Shown here: piece by piece, positions 8,502 through 18,457 of the stretch
How positions within the stretch are numbered: position 1 is the first letter of the stretch
How the letters are laid out: each line of letters starts with the position of its first letter
IMG/VR virus record: IMGVR_UViG_3300043773_000921
Span: 24,549 to 88,548 of that record
Direction: 5' to 3' (one strand)
Length of the DNA stretch: 64,000 bases
Source: a virus
The notes under the pieces: generated by a model
The model's input: the letters and a program-made list of their open reading frames with translations, nothing else
Database searches by the model: none
Told to the model about the DNA's origin: nothing
Program-made: the position numbers and the translations under genes

Positions 8502-8741
8502 ATGTGGGTAACACAAAATCAAATGGATGATACTACATTGAACAAAATGTTTAGTCGTTGGAATCAAGCATTAGCTAATGGAGAGATAACTGACATTGAT
8601 AATACTACAGAAATGTGGTATGGTGAGTTAGTTATGACACACGAAGATGGTATAGATTATATAACAGCACCTATACAGAAATATGATAAAGAAGGGTATA
8701 TAGATTTTGTTGTTAATGTTTCAATACCATTTGAAATATGA
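8502..8741 (+). CDS. Hypothetical acidic early protein
   Basis: 79 aa ORF with ATGA overlap to the next gene. Confidence 0.55.
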   Translation: MWVTQNQMDDTTLNKMFSRWNQALANGEITDIDNTTEMWYGELVMTHEDGIDYITAPIQKYDKEGYIDFVVNVSIPFEI

Positions 8742-8884
8742 AGCAGTTTATTTCTAACAACTGGGGGATGCTTATGACATTAGTGTTATCAGTGTTCCTC
8801 TATTATTACTGGACTCAACTGCCTACATTAGTAGGTTTTGTACTTGGGTTCTTCGCATGCATTGGTCCGGCATGCAAGAACTAG
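8738..8884 (+). CDS. Small two-TM membrane protein (48 aa, not in the ORF track)
   Basis: MKQFISNNWGMLMTLVLSVFLYYYWTQLPTLVGFVLGFFACIGPACKN*; ATGA-coupled to the upstream stop and fills the gap to the next gene. Confidence 0.6.
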   Translation: MKQFISNNWGMLMTLVLSVFLYYYWTQLPTLVGFVLGFFACIGPACKN

Positions 8885-9423
8885 ACGATATAATAAAGAA
8901 ATGCTCTACATTATTCTTGGCTAGTGATGTGGAGCTATCTTTGTTGTTATTGCAATCGATTATTGATAGTAGCGATAGAAAGATACTGTATGAGTATGCT
9001 GTTACATCATACTTAAGTTTCATAGCTGATGAGTTGGTATCTCATGCAATTAAATGTAGTGAGATAACATCTGATGATGAGTATAGTCTTGAATATTTTA
9101 ATGGTGATATCAAACATTTTGTTTATGATTGTATTCACTACGATATTAAAGATGACTATGACTACTCTACAGATTTTGAAAGTGGAAGTAGAATAATAAT
9201 ACATGAGCGTATGTCAGTTGTACTTACCATCTGGTTTAACTCATCTTACAGATTATTATTTTCACTTGATATAGTAAGAAGCTATGACAAATATAGGTCT
9301 GATTTGAACTTACATCAATGTTGTTATGAGATCCAAGATGGAGATATAACGACATCAGTTACTGGCGATACGTTTATTCAAAACATTCTTTTATTTTTAA
9401 AACAAAGTTATGTTAGACATTAG
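8857..9423 (+). CDS. Hypothetical early protein
   Basis: 188 aa acidic ORF; true start may be 8872. Confidence 0.6.
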   Translation: MHWSGMQELDDIIKKCSTLFLASDVELSLLLLQSIIDSSDRKILYEYAVTSYLSFIADELVSHAIKCSEITSDDEYSLEYFNGDIKHFVYDCIHYDIKDDYDYSTDFESGSRIIIHERMSVVLTIWFNSSYRLLFSLDIVRSYDKYRSDLNLHQCCYEIQDGDITTSVTGDTFIQNILLFLKQSYVRH

Positions 9424-10027
9424 TATGATTGTTGAACTTATGTTTTCTTATGATGACAACAAAAAAGGATATGCTGAGATGCTGGCAAAAGAGCAGTTTG
9501 GTTATGAAGAAGGCACCAACAAAGGTGATTTTAATTATGACTTAACTAAATCATTTGCTATCAAGATCATGGAGCATATGTTTGATTTATACAGCAAAGA
9601 AATACTTGTATCTTTTTATTCACTTGAAGAGTTATATAGAGATAACAGAGAGAGTGTTTTTAACTGCCCAGGTTTTCTATGCACAGCTAAACCAATAGAA
9701 AGAGGTTACACTAAATCTTTTGATGGTAGCACTGAAAAGATTGACATTAAGTTTAAAGTAAGCAAGTTTGTTAATGTATCACATTTACTTGTTGATAACA
9801 TATATGAACATATGTTTAGCTTTAACTTAGTTGTTAAGAAACACACATTGTCTAATTTTATTTGTTGTGAAGCTTCTATTCCAAATCATTGGAGTGATGT
9901 TCACAACGATGAGTTGACATACAGTATAGATGACTTAAGCTACTCTAGAGGTACATATATGATGACCTTTAAAAACAAGTACGACGTAATGGAAAAATTA
10001 TTTAAGCACTTTTTAATAAATAAATAA
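9410..10027 (+). CDS. Hypothetical early protein
   Basis: 205 aa ORF overlapping the previous gene. Confidence 0.6.
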   Translation: MLDISMIVELMFSYDDNKKGYAEMLAKEQFGYEEGTNKGDFNYDLTKSFAIKIMEHMFDLYSKEILVSFYSLEELYRDNRESVFNCPGFLCTAKPIERGYTKSFDGSTEKIDIKFKVSKFVNVSHLLVDNIYEHMFSFNLVVKKHTLSNFICCEASIPNHWSDVHNDELTYSIDDLSYSRGTYMMTFKNKYDVMEKLFKHFLINK

Positions 10028-10225
10028 ATGAAAACAGAACTATTAGTAAAAATATTCATGACTATTATGGGTATGTTCTTTGGCTATATATCATTCGTTT
10101 TTGCCACAAAATTACATGAAACTACTATCTATGTAAACTTTATAACAAAAGTATTAGTGTTTGTTGGTTTACTTATCATGATGACATTGTGTTTTTGTGT
10201 TTCTCATCTTTATAAAGAAGATTAA
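10028..10225 (+). CDS. Small two-TM membrane protein
   Basis: 65 aa with two hydrophobic helices. Confidence 0.6.
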   Translation: MKTELLVKIFMTIMGMFFGYISFVFATKLHETTIYVNFITKVLVFVGLLIMMTLCFCVSHLYKED

Positions 10226-10227
10226 CT

Positions 10228-10569
10228 ATGAGAGCAATATTTATTGATAGTAATGACAGAAATGTCTATGAAGCTAGAATTAAAGGCAATGACTTTCGTG
10301 AGATTTGCAGTCTTATAGGCTGTAATATTATAACTGGAGGCTATAGCTTTGAAAATGGCGACTACATGTATGTTGATGATGAAGCAATTTTTACAACAAA
10401 TAGAAATGGTTTTATCATTAGTGTACCAGGTAATAGCTGGGGTGCACAACAGCTGATTGGCAATGCTCTTATCATCGGCAGTAGTAAAGACGATGATGGC
10501 AGTGATGCTGATGCAGTGAGTAGTATTGAAGAGATTAAAAATCTTATTTCATTTAAAACATTTATCTAA
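10228..10569 (+). CDS. DUF3846-like protein
   Basis: SLIGCNII...MYVDDEA...LIGNALIIG pattern. Confidence 0.6.
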   Translation: MRAIFIDSNDRNVYEARIKGNDFREICSLIGCNIITGGYSFENGDYMYVDDEAIFTTNRNGFIISVPGNSWGAQQLIGNALIIGSSKDDDGSDADAVSSIEEIKNLISFKTFI

Positions 10570-10570
10570 C

Positions 10571-10972
10571 ATGAAAAAGTTATTAGTTTTATTATTCGTA
10601 ACGTCTTTTGCATTTGGTCAAGCAGAGGATCCGGAACAGTTTGACCAACAGATAAGATATAGCAGTCTTGCTGATTTGTGTGACTGCACATCTTATGCTG
10701 AGGCATTGTCTACGTTGTATGATGTAAGGCCTAGCGATGTATTAAATGATATGAAAAACTATGTCAATGATTACATCATTACATTTCAGCTAGCTGGTTA
10801 TTCTTACGAACCAGATGAAGATGTATTAAATAAAAAAGTATACTTTAACAAGTCAGGTTATGTTATACCATACGATTGCGTGTTAAACATAATCAATGGT
10901 AACAAAACTGATGTAAAGATAATGCGTGATGATGAGTACCAGCGTGTACACCATTACGATATTAAGGATTAG
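10571..10972 (+). CDS. Secreted protein
   Basis: Signal peptide MKKLLVLLFVTSFAFG|Q; ATG at 10571. Confidence 0.65.
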   Translation: MKKLLVLLFVTSFAFGQAEDPEQFDQQIRYSSLADLCDCTSYAEALSTLYDVRPSDVLNDMKNYVNDYIITFQLAGYSYEPDEDVLNKKVYFNKSGYVIPYDCVLNIINGNKTDVKIMRDDEYQRVHHYDIKD

Positions 10973-10994
10973 ACTAGTGTTTTATTAAGTGTTG

Positions 10995-11020
10995 GGGCAG
11001 CTGTGGTGGCTGCCCTTTTT
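10995..11020 (+). terminator. Rho-independent terminator
   Basis: GGGCAGCT...GGCTGCCC followed by T5. Confidence 0.7.
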
Positions 11021-11044
11021 ATTTCATCATTAAAATTCTTCATC

Positions 11045-11644
11045 GTGAACGATATTAAAGAAACAATCGATAAGTTCTCAGCTCAGCTTATCGAGGCTAA
11101 AGAAACCTTCGAAGGTGAGCTGGCTACTAAAGAAGAGAAGCAAGTTATTGTTGATGCATGCTCTGCTATCGTTCGTAAGTTTGCCGGCTTGCAAGCAAAG
11201 CATAGGAACTTTTTCCATTACAAATGGGACTATGAGTACCAAGGAAGACAGTTTGGCTTTAGCTATCTATCTCATTATATTTCTGCACTGTTCGTTGAAC
11301 TAGCACGTAAGAGATATGAACCCATCAGTAAAAAGAATATGAGCGCTGTGATGACTATAGCACATAGTTATAAGCGTAATGGTAAAGAGCTTAGTGCTGC
11401 TATGACCAAAGCATATACTGTTGTAGATAGAACAGGTTCGTTGAAAACAGAAAGCATCCAGGAAGAATGCAATGTTATAAGTAACAGTTGTATATTAGGC
11501 CTCTGGAATACAAAGATGCCATCATATCCTTCATTAAACAAAGGATTAAATGGATTAGATGACAACGCTAGACCCAAAGCTAAAGCTGTTATGCTTGTAG
11601 CTGATATATTGGGACCTCTATGCGCAATGATTGGTTACAGATAA
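11045..11644 (+). CDS. Hypothetical protein
   Basis: GTG start downstream of the terminator preferred over 11003; helical 199 aa. Confidence 0.6.
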   Translation: MNDIKETIDKFSAQLIEAKETFEGELATKEEKQVIVDACSAIVRKFAGLQAKHRNFFHYKWDYEYQGRQFGFSYLSHYISALFVELARKRYEPISKKNMSAVMTIAHSYKRNGKELSAAMTKAYTVVDRTGSLKTESIQEECNVISNSCILGLWNTKMPSYPSLNKGLNGLDDNARPKAKAVMLVADILGPLCAMIGYR

Positions 11645-11853
11645 TGGACAAAAGAACAGTAACAATGTTTGCAGATAATATGATTAAACAATATCCTGAA
11701 TTATTTAATGATATTATAGATTTCATTTATCTTGCAATAGATGAAATAGATGAAGGCGGATCTCCTACGCATGAGTGGGAGCTTGCTTATAACTCTATTG
11801 ATGAACTAGTTCAAGAACATATTAAAAACAAACAAAATGAAAGTATTAATTAG
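11644..11853 (+). CDS. Hypothetical acidic protein
   Basis: TAATG-coupled start. Confidence 0.6.
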   Translation: MDKRTVTMFADNMIKQYPELFNDIIDFIYLAIDEIDEGGSPTHEWELAYNSIDELVQEHIKNKQNESIN

Positions 11854-12325
11854 TATTTTTATGCTTATGTCGGCATCATTATTTGCACAAGATTGCGATA
11901 TGCTAGATGTCCATTACGATAAGATGGATGACAAAAAGACAAAAACTATTAAGAAACGCATTGCAGTATCTGAATCCGGTGATAAAGGGTTTATAATAGA
12001 CTTTTTAAAACCTAGTGTTATTATTTGGAGTATTGATGTTATAGGCGGGCCGAGTAAATGCATAGAGAAAGGTGCAAAGTTACAGGTATTGTTTGATGAT
12101 GACACAAGACTTACCATGACCAATAACAATGATTTTAACTGCAAAGGTAGCTTTGTTATTTATTTTGGTGCTAACTTTGGCAATGAATACAATCTTATTC
12201 AGTTTAGAACTAAAAAGATAATAACCATGCGTGTGTACACAAGCAGTGGTTACCACGAAGAAGATCTAAGCGATGAAGTTGCTACAAAGCTGATGAACAC
12301 GTTTGATTGCATCAGCAAGAACTAA
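11837..12325 (+). CDS. Secreted protein
   Basis: Signal peptide MKVLISIFMLMSASLFA|Q; four Cys in the mature beta-rich domain. Confidence 0.7.
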   Translation: MKVLISIFMLMSASLFAQDCDMLDVHYDKMDDKKTKTIKKRIAVSESGDKGFIIDFLKPSVIIWSIDVIGGPSKCIEKGAKLQVLFDDDTRLTMTNNNDFNCKGSFVIYFGANFGNEYNLIQFRTKKIITMRVYTSSGYHEEDLSDEVATKLMNTFDCISKN

Positions 12326-12340
12326 ATTATTTTATAACCT

Positions 12341-12374
12341 ATGCCTGTAGATCTAACGAGTCTGCAGGCATTTT
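12341..12374 (+). terminator. Hairpin / terminator
   Basis: ATGCCTGTAGA-N9-TCTGCAGGCAT followed by TTT. Confidence 0.65.
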
Positions 12375-12392
12375 CATTAACAATAATCAATT

Positions 12393-12734
12393 ATGGAAAA
12401 GTTTAAAGCATCGGAATTATCTGAAAGAAACTACAGAGAGGGCGATCGAGTCTTTTTGTCCTTTGAAATTAAAAGCCTTAAGATGAGTACAGATGATGAA
12501 CTCTGGCTACATTCAAGTGATAACAATAACAATGTCTGGCTTAAACAGGATGCTGTTGTTTATGGTGTGCCATACAGATATCGTGATGGTGACATCGTTA
12601 ATTACAATGGTAGACTTAGTAAAATTGTTAGCGGATTTAACGATGACTGGCATGTTTTGACTTCAGATGGAACTATGTTTGATTTGAATCCAGCATTAAT
12701 TAACACAGTAATCACAGAAAACAACGTACTGTAA
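12393..12734 (+). CDS. Hypothetical protein (possible tandem SH3/KOW-like beta domains)
   Basis: YREGDRVF and YRDGDIVN repeated motifs. Confidence 0.55.
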   Translation: MEKFKASELSERNYREGDRVFLSFEIKSLKMSTDDELWLHSSDNNNNVWLKQDAVVYGVPYRYRDGDIVNYNGRLSKIVSGFNDDWHVLTSDGTMFDLNPALINTVITENNVL

Positions 12735-13216
12735 TGGCAAAGAATCTTTTTAATATCAACGAAGAAATGTTCCGATTGCATCAGCAGATCGAAGAAAATG
12801 GTGGTGATTTAACACCAGAACTTGAAGAACAACTAACAATAACTGAACATGACAGAGAAAGTAAATGTGAGGGATATGTTAGCGTCATTAGACAGCTTAA
12901 GTCAAAGTCTGAGCTCCTTAAAAGCGAAGCAAAACGACTTCTTGATGCAGCTAGAACATATGACAAGTCAGTTGAACGACTTGAAGATAACTTACTATCA
13001 TCTATTGTTCAGCTTGGAAACATTAAGACAAACTTCGTCAGCATCTCAACAAGAAGAAACAAATCCGTAGAGATTGCAGATGATGTTGAAATACCGCTGC
13101 AGTACCAACGTGTAAAAATCGAAGCAAACAAAACTGCTATTAAAGAGGCCATAGAATCAGGCATTGATGTCCCTGGCGCTACAATAGTAGAGAAGTTTTC
13201 ATTACTAATCAGATAA
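12734..13216 (+). CDS. Siphovirus Gp157 family (Mu Gam-like) protein
   Basis: ENGGDLTPELEEQL; long coiled coil; KTAIKEAIESGIDVPGATIVEKFSLLIR C-terminus. Confidence 0.85.
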   Translation: MAKNLFNINEEMFRLHQQIEENGGDLTPELEEQLTITEHDRESKCEGYVSVIRQLKSKSELLKSEAKRLLDAARTYDKSVERLEDNLLSSIVQLGNIKTNFVSISTRRNKSVEIADDVEIPLQYQRVKIEANKTAIKEAIESGIDVPGATIVEKFSLLIR

Positions 13217-13218
13217 CA

Positions 13219-14052
13219 ATGAAAAAGCAAGAACAGAAAAGAATAGCTGAAGTCCTTGCATCGTTTATGGGTGATACCGAGCGCGGTGATCACTTCTCTA
13301 TCAGTCAGAATCTTATTGGGTTTCAGACTGACAACGCTGCAAGACTATTAGAAACTTACATCAGCCTACAACCGGAAGAGATGCTTACTTGGGAAAACTC
13401 TCTTGCTGGTGTAGACCCAATATATTACTCACAGTCAGAGCATACAGCACATACAGCTAGACATCTATTAGAAACAGATGATGCAGAAAATGTATTAAGT
13501 GTTTCGGGCCAGGAGCAGCAACTGAAAGAGATGAACTTCTTACCTACGTTTGAGCTTATCGCTCGTATGGGTAACACATCAGGCAAATGCTTTCGTATGG
13601 CTATGCAACTAGAGAACTACTACGAAAAAGTAGCAACCAAGCCAGTAACACTTGGTGTGCTAAAGCTAGCAGTAAACTTGTTGTACAAGATGTCTGAGCA
13701 AACACAGAATAACATTCAGCTTATTCGTAATAGGTTGATGTATACCATGGATATGCAACTGAACTTCGAAGGCAAAAAGCTTGAACTATTGAAGTCTAAG
13801 AAAGCACACTTAGTGCCAAACATAGATAACTTCTTTAAGCTTCGTGAGCATAAGCAGATACGTTATTTCGACCCGCTTAACTGGTACTTCGAAATATACA
13901 AAGATACGCTGAAAGACATACCTCATAAGCTTTACCAAGATGTCAAGCATCACAAGGAAGCGCAACAGGCTATTACAACTTATAGCAGTATCATAGAACA
14001 TATCAAGTCGGCACACAATGTCGTTACGGGAGTTACTAAAACTCCTTTCTGA
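13219..14052 (+). CDS. Hypothetical protein
   Basis: 277 aa ORF in operon. Confidence 0.65.
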   Translation: MKKQEQKRIAEVLASFMGDTERGDHFSISQNLIGFQTDNAARLLETYISLQPEEMLTWENSLAGVDPIYYSQSEHTAHTARHLLETDDAENVLSVSGQEQQLKEMNFLPTFELIARMGNTSGKCFRMAMQLENYYEKVATKPVTLGVLKLAVNLLYKMSEQTQNNIQLIRNRLMYTMDMQLNFEGKKLELLKSKKAHLVPNIDNFFKLREHKQIRYFDPLNWYFEIYKDTLKDIPHKLYQDVKHHKEAQQAITTYSSIIEHIKSAHNVVTGVTKTPF

Positions 14053-14746
14053 GAAAAACGTCATTCCATTAGACGCAGCAGAGCGGAACTCTTTGCTGCG
14101 TTCTTTTGGTTTTGATTGCATAAGAACATTTCAACAGCTTGATAATCTTATTGCTATGTTATTCTTAGAAAAGGTATATCTTATCGCTCCTTGGACTATT
14201 AAGGTAAGGTATGCAGATCCAGTATTCAAAGTAGCACTATGTGATATCTATTTCGAACCAATAGAAACTGTTGTTCCTATGTGGTTATGTATTGACAGTA
14301 TCATAGAAGCAGGCAAGGCACCGTTGTTTAGCGTTGACAATAAAGAAATACAGGACATGGCTTTTATCACACCACAGCAGGAGTCTGACATACTTAGCTG
14401 TATGTTTTATCCAGCTGTCAAAGATGAAGAAGGTGAGTTGTATTATCCTGAGTTGTCATTTCATATTCAGTATGTACTTGATGTGATATATGGCATCAGA
14501 GGCTATGATAGTCCTAAAGGCCTGATATATGTAGCTACTGATCTAAAACTAGCAGACAAATGGCGGTTAGCTATCTGTGCTGAAGGCAAGCGTAAAATGA
14601 AAAAGCTTGTCGGTACACAGCGCTACACTATGTTTGTTGCCGGTATAGATAACTTGAATACAGTAAGAAAGGAAACTTCACCAGTGTTTGCTGAAGAACG
14701 CGAGAAGAGTTCCAATTCCTTAACAGCTTTAATGGCAAAGTTATGA
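14018..14746 (+). CDS. Hypothetical protein
   Basis: 242 aa ORF in operon. Confidence 0.65.
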   Translation: MSLRELLKLLSEKNVIPLDAAERNSLLRSFGFDCIRTFQQLDNLIAMLFLEKVYLIAPWTIKVRYADPVFKVALCDIYFEPIETVVPMWLCIDSIIEAGKAPLFSVDNKEIQDMAFITPQQESDILSCMFYPAVKDEEGELYYPELSFHIQYVLDVIYGIRGYDSPKGLIYVATDLKLADKWRLAICAEGKRKMKKLVGTQRYTMFVAGIDNLNTVRKETSPVFAEEREKSSNSLTALMAKL

Positions 14747-15603
14747 AAACATTCAATGTGTCTTTATTTATGCTAGTAGTTACTATTGTAGCTTACTGCA
14801 TAGTAGAAAGACCAAGAGAAAAAGCAATAGATTACAAGACTAGCGTATCTGAAAGAAGTCATTCCAGTGGAAAAATGATTAGCAGAGAACCTGTCGAACA
14901 TAAACACATACATGCTGGGGCCGATGAGTTATATCCTGATGTTGGATATGATGAAGATGGCTGGTCTAAACGTGGTTATATGTCAACTAGTGAATTTCAA
15001 GGCAGTCATTTAAAAGGTGATCAAGAAAAGCTAGCAAAGCTAAAAACTAGAATAGGCAAAGAAAGACAAGCATTTGTAGATGACATATCTAAGAATGCTA
15101 AAGATTTGTCTGCTAAGTTTAATATTCCTGCTAGTATCATTGCTGCACAGGCTATTCTTGAATCAGGTTACGGCACTAGTAGACTAGCTGTTGTTGCTAA
15201 TAATCTATTTGGTCACATGGGAGGCAAAACTAAAGACTCTCGCGGAATAACAGGTAGCATTAAAGCATACGATAAAAACATCAATGGACATACTATTAGT
15301 TATGGATTTAGGATATATGAATCCAAATGGTGGTCCATGTGGAATCACGTACAGCTGCTGAATAAGACTTATGCACCAAGACTAATAAACATTCCAAACA
15401 AAAGAGAAGCCTGGCTTGCTGCTATTTGTGGATGTAGTGACAGTCGTATGCTTGCATCGGACTCCAAAAGACTTGCTGATAAAGGTGGTTATCTTTATGC
15501 AAGTGCTTGTGCTTGGCCGGCAAGCGATGGCGTTACTAGCAGATATGTAGCTGAGTTGAGGCATATTATTAACTCTTACAATCTATCAAAACTTGATGAA
15601 TAG
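14743..15603 (+). CDS. GH73/FlgJ-type glucosaminidase with N-terminal membrane anchor
   Basis: IPASIIAAQAILESGYGTSRLAVVANNLFG, FRIYES, C-terminal YNLSKLD; hydrophobic N-terminus. Confidence 0.85.
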   Translation: MKTFNVSLFMLVVTIVAYCIVERPREKAIDYKTSVSERSHSSGKMISREPVEHKHIHAGADELYPDVGYDEDGWSKRGYMSTSEFQGSHLKGDQEKLAKLKTRIGKERQAFVDDISKNAKDLSAKFNIPASIIAAQAILESGYGTSRLAVVANNLFGHMGGKTKDSRGITGSIKAYDKNINGHTISYGFRIYESKWWSMWNHVQLLNKTYAPRLINIPNKREAWLAAICGCSDSRMLASDSKRLADKGGYLYASACAWPASDGVTSRYVAELRHIINSYNLSKLDE

Positions 15604-16468
15604 TATTGTTTATAGCGCAAGTAATTGTACAAAAGGGCATGTATCACTAAAAAGATATAATGCCCTTTACTTTTTTTCAATTATTGTAGATGAAAAAGCA
15701 GAGCATAAAACAGAAGATGTTGTTATGTCTATCTGCCAAAAGTTTGATGTAAAGTTTGATAATAATTATGGTACTGTAGAAAATAATCTGTACAATTATT
15801 TTATCAAAAACAAACTTGTTACCTGTCAAAAAGACCTATACTGGACATCAGAAATAGAGGGCATTGTTGATATTTACTATCAGTACATCGGACTAAAATA
15901 CATACCGGAAGCCAAAGATTGTGAATACCATTACAAATATGATGAGTATGCCTATCTTGTTATCAATGAGAATACTATTGAGTTTTCTGATTGGTATCAG
16001 GATAAAATAGAAACATTTGTTGATGACATTGAAACGCTATTCAACATAAAACCTACTAAAGATTATAGAAAGCCAGGCGAAATAGTTCGTTTGTTTGCGC
16101 TTGCTTGGTCTAGGTTTGAGAAAGGCGATAAATGGGCAACTAAAGATATTATGATCAATGCAGCATTACGTATAAACGGAGCTACAAATAGCACTGGCAA
16201 AGAACGTGATGATGCACAGTACAATGGATTTTTATTTATCATTAAGAAATGGTTTTTGTATCTTTGGGAATGTAAAGATAGTAATACTCCTGACGAGTAT
16301 ATCTTGTCGTTAAAAGGTTTTATTCAGAAGAATCTAGAATCTTGGATAAATGACAAAGAAAATATCTTAATTACTAATAAGATATACACTCCTGAACATG
16401 CCGAAATAAAGAAAATGTTTGTTAACGAACCAATAAGTTTCTATAAAGCACTATGGGACTTGATATGA
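15596..16468 (+). CDS. Hypothetical protein
   Basis: 290 aa ORF in operon. Confidence 0.65.
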   Translation: MNSIVYSASNCTKGHVSLKRYNALYFFSIIVDEKAEHKTEDVVMSICQKFDVKFDNNYGTVENNLYNYFIKNKLVTCQKDLYWTSEIEGIVDIYYQYIGLKYIPEAKDCEYHYKYDEYAYLVINENTIEFSDWYQDKIETFVDDIETLFNIKPTKDYRKPGEIVRLFALAWSRFEKGDKWATKDIMINAALRINGATNSTGKERDDAQYNGFLFIIKKWFLYLWECKDSNTPDEYILSLKGFIQKNLESWINDKENILITNKIYTPEHAEIKKMFVNEPISFYKALWDLI

Positions 16469-16809
16469 TACGCCGTAGACTGGCAAGGTCTAATCATGCT
16501 GAGATGCCGGCACGCGAGTACGGAAAGTATTTGTATGCCAAGCACAAAGATAAGTTTGAAAGACTTTTCCTAAACTACGATATGCTTGTGCCTGACAAAG
16601 ACATGGAAAATATATGTAGCGTTATGCTGCATGATATCTTTAAGTCTGTATCTCATTGCATCAGGAACAATGTTGAAGTGTCATTTACCGCAATGAAGAA
16701 TTCTAAAATTAAATATTTCACAATTAGTTACGCAAGAAGATATGGCGAAGACAGAAATATTGAAACAATCATCAGAAGAAGAAAAGACACCAGAGATACA
16801 ACTGATTGA
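16453..16809 (+). CDS. Basic protein, weak HU/IHF-like resemblance
   Basis: DIFKSVSHCIRNNVEVSF segment loosely like HU helix 2/beta 1; Arg-rich C-terminus. Confidence 0.35.
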   Translation: MGLDMIRRRLARSNHAEMPAREYGKYLYAKHKDKFERLFLNYDMLVPDKDMENICSVMLHDIFKSVSHCIRNNVEVSFTAMKNSKIKYFTISYARRYGEDRNIETIIRRRKDTRDTTD

Positions 16810-17554
16810 GGCAGTCCTCAATGTAATGTCTGAGGTAAACTATCTTCAGAAAGATGATACTGTTGGCACTGGCTCTGGTTCTTACAAGGGCATCTCAGAT
16901 GAAAAAGTAAGAAATGAGATAAGAAAATCAATGATAACGCATGGTCTTATCTGTGTCCCTATTAAAATAGAAAAGGAGACCAAGCACGAGCGTTGGCAAG
17001 AACTAGATCCATATTCTAAAACTGGTGCTGTAAAGCAGAAGCAACAAATATTCTCTGATATTGTGTTTACTTTTAGGCTTTATCACACATCAGGTGCACA
17101 CATTGAGGGCCAATCATCGGGCCATGGCATTGACTCGCAGGATAAATCACCGGGTAAGGCAATGACATATGCTATGAAGTATTTCTTGTTAAATATCTTT
17201 ATGGTGCCAACTGGCGAAGACACCGACAAGATTCATAGCATGGACATTGAAACGCCAAAGATATCACCAAAGACTGAGGTAGTTACATTGCCTAAGCCTA
17301 CAGTTGATGTTCCAGAGCGCATTAACCCACAATATCCAACTGAAGAAGCTATACAAACTATGCTTTATGGAGGCGATGGTGTAATAATAGCTACTCATAT
17401 GGACGGTATACTTGCTAACTGGAAAAAGAATGGTGCTACACTTCTGTATGGCAAGTACATTTATACTTACACACAAGGTAAATTCAATTATTTTGTTGTA
17501 GATGACATCAGAAGAGAGCATATTGTAAAGCAAGCCAAGTATAAGCATGGGTAG
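16742..17554 (+). CDS. erf: ERF-family single-strand annealing protein
   Basis: GHGIDSQDKSPGKAMTYAMKYFLLNIFMVPTGEDTD signature. Confidence 0.9.
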   Translation: MAKTEILKQSSEEEKTPEIQLIEAVLNVMSEVNYLQKDDTVGTGSGSYKGISDEKVRNEIRKSMITHGLICVPIKIEKETKHERWQELDPYSKTGAVKQKQQIFSDIVFTFRLYHTSGAHIEGQSSGHGIDSQDKSPGKAMTYAMKYFLLNIFMVPTGEDTDKIHSMDIETPKISPKTEVVTLPKPTVDVPERINPQYPTEEAIQTMLYGGDGVIIATHMDGILANWKKNGATLLYGKYIYTYTQGKFNYFVVDDIRREHIVKQAKYKHG

Positions 17555-18455
17555 AAAGCCTGCTGAAAAGCCGAAGGTAGTAAAAGAGCCAAAGCCTAAG
17601 ATAGTAAAAGATTCTATGCTTAGGAGCTTCACAAAGCAATACAGACATAAGTTTATTGGAGGACATTTGTACATCGAATGTCCTCTTGTTTGTAGCTCTT
17701 ACATACTTGCATGTAACTGGGTGCCAAAAGATGAGTTTATAGCGGAAACAAATATAGAACTCAATAAGATTGGCAGAACAATTACCATGGCCTGTGTATT
17801 CTCTAAAGCTGATATGTGCTACTATGTTGTGTCACACCTTTGGCTTGCACAGATGTACACCTGGTGTAACTACGACATGAAGTTGTATCTCGAGAAGATA
17901 TTTACTACAATGCTAAAGAATGCATATCGTAAAGATATTGTAGAAACAACAGTAATAGTACCTCAGACTTATGTTGAGAAGCAGAAAGATGTTGAAGAAG
18001 ATAAAGATTTGAAGAATAAAAGATCTAAACTGCTTGATAGAATACATACTGAGGTCGAAGAAGATTCATTTTACAGAGAGTACGGACTAACCATAAAGAC
18101 CTACCGTGCTATGTGCGAAGACAGTAAAACTATTGTTGAGAACTTTGAAAAAGACACCCATGTGCTAGATTTTCATAAGTTCTTGTTCAATAAGTACAAA
18201 GTATTGCTGCGAGATACAATGAAAGTATTGGTAGAGCATGGCATCATTATACAAGATATGAATGATGCAAACTACAAGAACAACTACTTTCTTGCTAAAG
18301 AGTTTGTAGCCTATGGCTTTGGCGTCAATATACATGATGCAGACAAAAACACAACCTACCCATCATTTACAAGAAGAGGACTATTTACAGTGCTTCTTTT
18401 ATTACACGATGCTGGCGTATTATCTAAACAAGTTATTCCAAATTTAATATTTTAA
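17547..18455 (+). CDS. DNA-binding protein with degenerate C-terminal antirepressor (KilA-C/ANT-like) domain
   Basis: LVEHGII...NNYF...EFVAYGFG...TTYPSFTRRGLFTVLLLL resembles the ANT C-terminus. Confidence 0.4.
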   Translation: MGRKPAEKPKVVKEPKPKIVKDSMLRSFTKQYRHKFIGGHLYIECPLVCSSYILACNWVPKDEFIAETNIELNKIGRTITMACVFSKADMCYYVVSHLWLAQMYTWCNYDMKLYLEKIFTTMLKNAYRKDIVETTVIVPQTYVEKQKDVEEDKDLKNKRSKLLDRIHTEVEEDSFYREYGLTIKTYRAMCEDSKTIVENFEKDTHVLDFHKFLFNKYKVLLRDTMKVLVEHGIIIQDMNDANYKNNYFLAKEFVAYGFGVNIHDADKNTTYPSFTRRGLFTVLLLLHDAGVLSKQVIPNLIF

Positions 18456-18457
18456 TC

